Below, piece by piece: positions 57,251-64,000 of a stretch of DNA of 64,000 bases. The notes below the pieces were generated by a model. The model did not search any database and was not told the DNA's origin. It was given only the letters and a program-made list of their open reading frames with translations. Source of the stretch: Patescibacteria group bacterium. GTDB taxonomy: Bacteria > Patescibacteriota > Minisyncoccia > Phycocordibacterales > UBA918. The stretch spans positions 5,497 to 69,496 of the forward strand of contig JAIEOU010000009.1 in assembly GCA_019750255.1 (NCBI GenBank), given 5' to 3'. Within the stretch, counting starts at the first letter, position 1. Every line of letters begins with the position of its first letter. The translations under genes were made by a program, and so were the position numbers.

Positions 57251-58990
57251 TTATGGTGTCAGTGTCACAGTTACTGACGTGTCACCATTAATCGCTACCG
57301 GGTTTATGGTGCTCGCGGTAAAACCAGGCGCACTTACCTCAAGTTCATAGTCGGGCTCCGGGGCTATACCGCTACTAAAGAAGGTTTGGCCACAGGCATC
57401 AGCAGTATCGGTCTCAGAAAAAGCGCCGCGTCTAAGCTCTACGGTCGCCACCGGTACCGGTACCCCCGTACCATCGACCACACTCACGCGCAGATTATCT
57501 GCAGGAGCGTTAACAGCGAGCACCTCGTAGGTACTCGTACTCCCCGGCGCGACCCCAAGTGGATTACCTCCACACGCAGCGGCGATCGTAAAGCTTGGCA
57601 GCGTGAGCGTATAGGTATCCCACTCAATATTATTAAAAGAATAACTCCCACTCCCGTCCACGCTCCCACTCACACTGGTTTTATAGATTGGTTGCGTGAA
57701 CGCGTCCGAACCAATGACCTTCGTGCCACGCAGTGAAAATGCGGTACCGGCCCTTAGTGTCGAAGTCTCTCGATAATGAAATGCCGTTTCGAGCACTTGC
57801 GGAGTTAGGGTGGTATTTGCTGTGCGTAGCGTCAGTCCCACCACCAGTGCTGGATAGGTCGTCACCGAAAGATCGCGCACATTAATTACGCGAGCGTCAA
57901 AGCCGGCAGCGTTGCCGGGCAGGTCGCTTTCAGGAATGAGCGTGGGGGTCGTGGTGCCAGTATAAAACCGAGTTAATACGGACGTCCCCGGCGGAAGCTC
58001 GGTGGCGATACTAAACACCTCCCAGCGTTCAAGAGTTGTTGGTGTGAGCTCATTTAAGTACACACTACCGACTGACTCGTATACTCCGGCAGTATCATTA
58101 AGGACCAGTTCGCCAGCCACTACCCCTGCCGCCGTTGCTGATGCTACACCAGTCATATCCGCAAAGTCCTCAATCACCGTCTGCTCGGTAATGCTTGAGT
58201 ACGTCTTTAGTCGCAAGGTCGCGAGACGGTCAATCTGAAAATTCATAGTCGAGACATCAGATTCAAGTACGGAAACGGTGGGAGTTACGGGATTCGGATT
58301 ACTCGTGGTTGCCACATACGTTTGGTCAGTCGAGTAACCAGTATCGGTAACAAAAATCTGATAGTTAGAGCCCGCTGGTGCTCCGGCAAAGAGCGCCACT
58401 CCCGTTGCATCAGTGAGTCGCGTTATATCAATGGTTGAAGTACCACTAGTATTGAGCAACCGAACCGATGCTCCCGGCAGAGGGGCCGTAAACGCATCAA
58501 CCACATTCACCCGAATCGTGCCACCGCCAGCTGTCGTCTCAATTGAACGGGGCACAATGTTACTAATAAGCGCAATAGAGCTCGTAGCGCCAGATACATT
58601 CCACGATATCTCCACCTTAACCTGCTTGTAGTCAGCCACAATGCCGTTACTATCGATCGCTCCTACCCCATCGGCATCGTCATCAACGTACTGGATGAGT
58701 ACCCGCTCATAGAGTGTGTAGTTATTAAGGGAAGTAGTACGGTTTTGCGGAATCGCACCCGGAGGAACACCGGCAACCGTTCCTACCGCATCGTACGAAA
58801 GCGAACGAATATACTCGACCCGCTCTTGCGCAAGCGACAGTGCCGATAGCCTTACCCGGGCGTTCGTGAGTACATCAAGCATGTACGTAACAAGAGTAAA
58901 AAGACCGGCAAAGAATAACAACATCACCGCCGATACGACGAGCACCTCAACCATCGAGAAGCCACGGCCTTGAGGGTGTCGCTCATTCAT
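57251..58990 (-). CDS. large PilV-like minor pilin with Ig/CarboxypepD_reg-like repeats
   Basis: GRG|FSMVEVLVVSAVMLL prepilin motif; the 550-aa C-terminus is Thr/Val-rich and beta-sandwich-like. Confidence 0.7.
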   Translation of the reverse strand: MNERHPQGRGFSMVEVLVVSAVMLLFFAGLFTLVTYMLDVLTNARVRLSALSLAQERVEYIRSLSYDAVGTVAGVPPGAIPQNRTTSLNNYTLYERVLIQYVDDDADGVGAIDSNGIVADYKQVKVEISWNVSGATSSIALISNIVPRSIETTAGGGTIRVNVVDAFTAPLPGASVRLLNTSGTSTIDITRLTDATGVALFAGAPAGSNYQIFVTDTGYSTDQTYVATTSNPNPVTPTVSVLESDVSTMNFQIDRLATLRLKTYSSITEQTVIEDFADMTGVASATAAGVVAGELVLNDTAGVYESVGSVYLNELTPTTLERWEVFSIATELPPGTSVLTRFYTGTTTPTLIPESDLPGNAAGFDARVINVRDLSVTTYPALVVGLTLRTANTTLTPQVLETAFHYRETSTLRAGTAFSLRGTKVIGSDAFTQPIYKTSVSGSVDGSGSYSFNNIEWDTYTLTLPSFTIAAACGGNPLGVAPGSTSTYEVLAVNAPADNLRVSVVDGTGVPVPVATVELRRGAFSETDTADACGQTFFSSGIAPEPDYELEVSAPGFTASTINPVAINGDTSVTVTLTP

Positions 58991-58993
58991 ACA

Positions 58994-60223
58994 TTAACTC
59001 ATGCCGTTTGAGATTGAGTAAATTGGGGCAATGAGTGCAAGGGCAAAGAAACCGACACCTGCACCAATGACCACCATTAAGAGCGGCTCGATGATGGTCG
59101 ACAAGTCTTTTGTCTTTCGCTCGACCTCTGTTTCATAAAACTGCGCGAGTTCACTGAGCATCCCCGAAATTTGTCCAGTCTCTTCACCAACCAAAATCAT
59201 TTCTCCAACCAGGACCGGGTACAGTGTTGAATTAGCAACAAACACTTCTGAAAGCGGCGCTCCTGTCTCTACTTTATTTCTCGCTTCCCGCACAATTTTT
59301 TTGTAGTAGACATTCTGAACTACCTCTTCCGTAATCTCGAGCGACTGGATAACGTCCACTCCGGAACGAAGCAGTGAAGACAAGGTTCGGGCTGTGCGAG
59401 CGGCGTTCGTCTCCTTCGCCATAGTGCCAATGACCGGTATGCGCGTAACTGAAAAGGAAATAACAATTTTACCCATCTTGGTTTTAAAGAAGTACATCAA
59501 TCCCAGAAACGTCGCCACCATGCCGCCAATCACAAACAGAGTGTAGGCGGTCATCACATGCGTAAGCCAAATCAGGAATTTAGTCGTGGCCGGAAGCTCC
59601 ATTTTCCCACCCTCAAACACAGCGATGATTTGCGGCATTACGAATATCATCATGAGAACCGCAATCACAATCATGACCAGTATTACGATACTGGGATACA
59701 TCATCGCGCCCTTAATCTTTTTTTTCAGATTGTTAGCACGCTCAATTTGCATCGACAGTGTCGAGAGAGCCTCCGCTAAATTACCACTCTCCTCCCCTGC
59801 CTTCACCATCGCCACGTACAAATTGTTAAATTCTTTTGGAAACTCTTTAAGCCCTTCAAAAAATTGGTCACCTTTATTAATACGCTCAATAAGACGCTTA
59901 ATCACGAGCTTAAGGCGAGGGTTAGTGCTCTGCCGCTCAATCACCGACAAGGCTCGACTAACGGTAAGTCCGGCGGTAATCATCGAACCCAAGTTGCGAG
60001 TGATCATTACAATTTCATCATCCTTTACGCGACTTATCATCGCATTGATGCGATCCATGGTTAACCCACCTCCGAGCGAAAAACCACCTCCTTCTTTAAT
60101 TGAGCTTACCGTATGGCCGTTCTGACGAGCGATCGCGTACACAGCAAAGCGATCATTAGCGGTGACTGTCTCGGTGACAGCAACCCCTTCTCTGTCTTCG
60201 CCACTATAGATGAACGTAGCCAT
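58994..60223 (-). CDS. pilC: type IV pilus platform protein PilC/GspF family
   Basis: 409 aa with two GspF repeats. Confidence 0.85.
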   Translation of the reverse strand: MATFIYSGEDREGVAVTETVTANDRFAVYAIARQNGHTVSSIKEGGGFSLGGGLTMDRINAMISRVKDDEIVMITRNLGSMITAGLTVSRALSVIERQSTNPRLKLVIKRLIERINKGDQFFEGLKEFPKEFNNLYVAMVKAGEESGNLAEALSTLSMQIERANNLKKKIKGAMMYPSIVILVMIVIAVLMMIFVMPQIIAVFEGGKMELPATTKFLIWLTHVMTAYTLFVIGGMVATFLGLMYFFKTKMGKIVISFSVTRIPVIGTMAKETNAARTARTLSSLLRSGVDVIQSLEITEEVVQNVYYKKIVREARNKVETGAPLSEVFVANSTLYPVLVGEMILVGEETGQISGMLSELAQFYETEVERKTKDLSTIIEPLLMVVIGAGVGFFALALIAPIYSISNGMS

Positions 60224-60229
60224 ACCCTA

Positions 60230-62017
60230 CTATTCGTTTATCACACGAAGCACTTCTTCCACACTCGTTAGTCCCTTGGCTGCTTTGTAGATGCCGTCTT
60301 CAAGCATGGTAAGCATCCCCTCTTTACGCGCCTGTGCCTCAATGTCATCACTTGACTTGTGTGATAGTACGAGCTCTTTAATTGTCGGAGTAATCTCGAG
60401 CACTTCGTGAATGCCGATACGCCCCTTATATCCATCTTCGGTTTCGCCATTTTCTTTCGGCCGGTAAAAAGTGATGTCATTCCAGGTAGCGCTCTCTTTC
60501 ACAATTTTTTCCTCCTTTAAAACAGCGAGCACATGCGCCATGTCGGCATGAACGGCAAGCTCATCGCGCTCAGCCTTAGTAAGGATGTATGGCTCTTTAT
60601 CGTCCGCGAGCTTACGTACCAGTCGTTGCCCAATAGCGACACGTAGGGTTGATACCATTAAAAACGCCTCCGCTCCCATATCAATAAGACGAGCGACCGT
60701 CCCCGAAGCTGAGTTGGTATGCAGGGTGGCAAGCACGAGGTGACCAGTAAGCGCTGCATTAATTGCGAGACTGGCAGTTTCTTCATCACGAATTTCTCCT
60801 ACCATGATGATGTCGGGATCCTGGCGCATGAGTGCGCGCAGTCCGGCTGAAAAGGTAAACCCAATTTCCGGCTTTACTTGACTCTGGTTCACGCGTGGCA
60901 TCTGGTACTCAATCGGATCTTCAATCGTTGAAATATTAACTTCAGGGGTATTGAGTAGGTCAAGAACGGTATACAGTGTGGTCGACTTACCTGAGCCAGT
61001 CGGACCTGTGACAAGAATGATTCCAGTTGTCGCCCTTGTCGCCTTGTGCACACGCTCGAGAGTAGAGCCGTGAAAGCCAATCCCTTCGAGCGAAAAGCCA
61101 CTGCGACTTTCACGCAAAAGACGCATCACCACCTTTTCACCATAAAACACTGGCAACAGTGAGACACGGAACGATACTTTCTGTCCGTCCATCTCCATTT
61201 TAAAACGACCGTCTTGCGGTAAACGTTTCTGGTCTAGCTTGAGATTAGAAAGCACCTTCAATCGCGCCACAATAGTGCCTGAAACATGCTTGGGAAGCTT
61301 CATTGCGTCACTCAAAATGCCGTCGATACGATAGCGCACAATTACTTCTTCTTCAGCGGGCTCTATATGAATATCAGACGCGCCCTGAATGATGGCGTGT
61401 CGAAGCAAAGTGTCCACGATACGCACCACCGGCAAGTCTTCTGCCAATTTCTTGAGGTCGCTCTCACTCATTTCTTCCTTACCCTCTTCTCCAATCACCT
61501 TAAGAGCCGAAGCGTCCTTCATGATGATGTCGCCAAACTCATCTTTAAGGGTTTTTTGGTATTGACGAAGCGCGGTACGCATCGATTCCGTATCAGTGAG
61601 ACGCGGCAAAATACGCAAACCAACCTTCTTCTTCACAAAATCGATAGCCGGGAGATCGGCAGTATCAAGCATCGCCACCTCAAGCGCATCAGCTGTCTTT
61701 TTGAAGGCAATAATGTTGTGGGTGCGGGCAACCGGTTCGGGGATGAGGGTGAGAATGTCAAATGCGACCTTAATATTCTTCAGCGAAACAAACGGAATAC
61801 CCATCACATAGGATTCCACTCGACGCATATCATCTTCTGTCATGTGCCCCTGTGCAATCAATGCCTCAGCGAGGGTGCGACCTTCCGTTTCTGCTATCTT
61901 TTCAGCCGCAGCAATATCACCCTTTGTGAGAAGGTTGGCGTCTAAAATAAAACGCTTTAGTTGGTCATTAAGAATACGCACGGTACAAGAAAGATCACAC
62001 CCGCAAGCAGCACACAC
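60230..62017 (-). CDS. pilB: type IV pilus assembly ATPase PilB/GspE, full length with N-terminal GSPII_E_N domain
   Basis: Walker A GPTGSGKSTT, VGEIRD and ALTGHLVLATLHTN, plus the N1 domain. GTG start in the ORF track, so the true start is uncertain. Confidence 0.9.
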   Translation of the reverse strand: MCAACGCDLSCTVRILNDQLKRFILDANLLTKGDIAAAEKIAETEGRTLAEALIAQGHMTEDDMRRVESYVMGIPFVSLKNIKVAFDILTLIPEPVARTHNIIAFKKTADALEVAMLDTADLPAIDFVKKKVGLRILPRLTDTESMRTALRQYQKTLKDEFGDIIMKDASALKVIGEEGKEEMSESDLKKLAEDLPVVRIVDTLLRHAIIQGASDIHIEPAEEEVIVRYRIDGILSDAMKLPKHVSGTIVARLKVLSNLKLDQKRLPQDGRFKMEMDGQKVSFRVSLLPVFYGEKVVMRLLRESRSGFSLEGIGFHGSTLERVHKATRATTGIILVTGPTGSGKSTTLYTVLDLLNTPEVNISTIEDPIEYQMPRVNQSQVKPEIGFTFSAGLRALMRQDPDIIMVGEIRDEETASLAINAALTGHLVLATLHTNSASGTVARLIDMGAEAFLMVSTLRVAIGQRLVRKLADDKEPYILTKAERDELAVHADMAHVLAVLKEEKIVKESATWNDITFYRPKENGETEDGYKGRIGIHEVLEITPTIKELVLSHKSSDDIEAQARKEGMLTMLEDGIYKAAKGLTSVEEVLRVINE

Positions 62018-62316
62018 TGCGCACCACTTACTTATGTTTTTATTGTATCACCACGTATGAAAAAATAGGTGTCATGCTGCCCACAGCCACTCCTTGGCTT
62101 TGCGAGCCGGACGGAGAAATCTATGATTACGTCATCTTGTTTTTACATTAATTGAACCGCATTACCATGTCCCGCAGCGTCATAAAAAGTTTTTGATTTT
62201 GACAATTCACCCCACCTCACATACTATGTAATAACTACTGAATGCTCGGCCTGCGCCGGGCATTCTTGCGTAGTCTGAGAGCCATTATTTCAAAAATACC
62301 CTTAATTAATAACTAT

Positions 62317-63729
62317 ATGTTGTTTGACCTCAAAGCCATGAATGCCGTCCTCCAAGAACTAGAGGAGGAGCGGGGCATCGCGAAAGCCAAGATGATTGAC
62401 GCTATCGAGCAATCACTTGCTACCGCCTACAAAAAGGAGTTCGGAAAGCGCGGCCAAATCATTAATGCCACCTTTGACCTCGCAAGCGGAGCGACCGCCT
62501 TTAATCAAGTGAAAATCGTCGTGGATGAAAGCATGCTAAAGTCTGAAGACGAAAGCCACGACGAAACTGAAGGCATTACCGGCGCCAGCCCCGACGACGC
62601 CGCGTCGACTGACACCCGCGTACGCTTTGATGATGAGAAGCACATCATGATTGGAACTGCCCGCATGATCAAGAAAGATGTACAGCTCGGTGAAGAGCTT
62701 GTTTTCCCCCTTGAACCCAAGGATGAATTTGGTCGCATCGCCGCTCAGACTGCTAAGCAGGTGATTGTTCAGAAAATTCGTGAGGCGGAGAAGGAATCTG
62801 CTTTGGCTGAATTTGGTCAAAAAGCGGGCGATATCATCATTGGCCATGTACAGCGATTTGAACGCGGGAACCTCTATGTTGACCTTGGTCGCGTCACTGC
62901 CATCATGCCGTATGACGAACAAATTCCTGGCGAACGGTACCGCCCGGGCGAACGCGTGCGTGCCCTCCTCTTGGCGGTAGAAGAAACGCCGCGGGGTATT
63001 TTCCTCAAACTCTCTCGCTCGCACCCCGATTTCTTGGCTGCCCTGTTTGCCATTGAAGCACCCGAACTTCAGTCGGGTGCCGTTGAGGTAAAGGCGATCG
63101 CTCGCGAAGCGGGCGGCCGCTCAAAGATTGCGGTTCACGCCACTGACAGTCATATTGACCCAGTCGGATCACTCGTGGGCCAGCGCGGGGTTCGTGTATC
63201 AACCGTGATGAGCGAGCTCGGTGGTGAAAAAATTGACATTATTGAGTGGTCATCGAGTTCAGCTGCATTTATTGAAGACGCTCTCTCGCCCGCCCAAGTA
63301 CTTAAGGTCACCATCGTGGCTGAACCTGACGCAGAAAATCGTGAGCGTGGTCACGCCATTGCCGAAGTCCTCCCTGAACAGCAATCACTGGCGATTGGAC
63401 GTGGCGGCCAGAACGTTCGCCTCGCTGCCAAGCTTACTGGCTGGAAAATTGATATTGTCTCAGCCCAAAATGGCGAGCAGCTCGCGGAAGCGACAGCCGA
63501 AGGCGAGGTAGACCTCGACAGCACCGACACCATCTCTCTCGATGAAGATATTGATGTACTGGAAAGCGAAGACGCTACCACCACGAAAGTTGCGCTTCCA
63601 GAGGAAGACGAAGCTACCAGCGACCGTGATGTGAACCCGGACGATGAAGAAGCCGACGAAATCGATACCCCTGAAGAGGCAGAAGCGCTCGTCGACGCAG
63701 AAAAAGCAGTCAACGATAAAACGGCTTAG
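62317..63729 (+). CDS. nusA: transcription termination/antitermination factor NusA
   Basis: NusA N-terminal, S1 and 2xKH domains plus an acidic tail. Start trimmed to MLFDLKAMNAVLQELEEERGI. Confidence 0.9.
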   Translation: MLFDLKAMNAVLQELEEERGIAKAKMIDAIEQSLATAYKKEFGKRGQIINATFDLASGATAFNQVKIVVDESMLKSEDESHDETEGITGASPDDAASTDTRVRFDDEKHIMIGTARMIKKDVQLGEELVFPLEPKDEFGRIAAQTAKQVIVQKIREAEKESALAEFGQKAGDIIIGHVQRFERGNLYVDLGRVTAIMPYDEQIPGERYRPGERVRALLLAVEETPRGIFLKLSRSHPDFLAALFAIEAPELQSGAVEVKAIAREAGGRSKIAVHATDSHIDPVGSLVGQRGVRVSTVMSELGGEKIDIIEWSSSSAAFIEDALSPAQVLKVTIVAEPDAENRERGHAIAEVLPEQQSLAIGRGGQNVRLAAKLTGWKIDIVSAQNGEQLAEATAEGEVDLDSTDTISLDEDIDVLESEDATTTKVALPEEDEATSDRDVNPDDEEADEIDTPEEAEALVDAEKAVNDKTA

Positions 63730-63753
63730 TAGTATTCTTTAATCTACACACTC

Positions 63754-64000
63754 ATGAATTTACTCCACGATGTCCCGGCCGGCACAGCCGAAGTGATGAA
63801 TGTAATAATAGAGATTCCTAAGTTCTCAAAGAACAAGTACGAAATCGACAAAGAAACTGGACTGATTGCCCTCGACCGCGTAATGCATACATCTCAGGAC
63901 TACCCTTTCGACTACGGTTTTGTGCCCCAAACTCTCTTTGACGACGGAGACGCCCTCGACGTAGTGGTTCTGACTACTTACCCGCTCGCCCCTGGTATTT
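63754..64000 (+). CDS. ppa: inorganic pyrophosphatase, N-terminal part (runs off the window)
   Basis: Hand translation from ATG at 63754: MNLLHDVPAGTAEVMNVIIEIPKFSKNKYEIDKETGLIALDRVMHTSQDYPFDYGFVPQTLFDDGDALDVVVL, the family I PPase signature. Confidence 0.8.
   Translation, partial: MNLLHDVPAGTAEVMNVIIEIPKFSKNKYEIDKETGLIALDRVMHTSQDYPFDYGFVPQTLFDDGDALDVVVLTTYPLAPGI

Overview
This 64-kb window looks like a CPR/Patescibacteria-type genome (~50% GC; L30 absent, Zn-type S14, r-protein tail extensions). Its backbone is the conserved str-S10-spc ribosomal supercluster, all on the minus strand. The supercluster is unusually split into six separately terminated units by accessory insertions: rpsL-rpsG | fusA | tuf-rpsJ | rplC-rplD-rplW-rplB | rpsS...rplE | rpsN...secY.

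The insertions carry:
- an ~8.7-kb island between rpsN and rplE, flanked by a 20-nt direct repeat. It holds a type IV pilus-like operon (PilB-PilC, four pilin-like proteins and a pilin-LVIVD beta-propeller fusion), a RelE/Phd toxin-antitoxin pair and a low-GC secreted tandem-repeat protein;
- a membrane protein block between rpsS and rplB;
- a 1408-aa secreted giant protein (peptidoglycan-binding domain, RTX-like repeats), a Cys-rich HTH protein and an RHH protein between rplC and rpsJ;
- an ~8.8-kb block between fusA and rpsG holding zwf-pgl, DedA, a cohesin-dockerin protein, an ABC-F ATPase, a Gmad2 protein, a GH15-like hydrolase and a GFA protein.

Downstream of secY there are three NMP kinases, including a tandem adk duplication, and a DUF1399-like gene pair. 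The right part of the window carries rpmB, an M50 peptidase, a ComEC gene split into membrane and MBL modules by an inversely oriented sodA, rnhA, recJ, a HIT protein, pgk-tpiA, a second full type IV pilus locus (PilB-PilC-PilV-like-pilin-PilX-like), nusA and the start of ppa.

A family of four structured repeat elements shows compensatory stem changes. A TATATTTT box, a conserved TTCGAC...GAGAAT hairpin and an outer stem recur at 6869, 7030, 15483 (plus orientation) and 32470 (minus orientation). No rRNA, tRNA, CRISPR array, integrase or transposase was seen.
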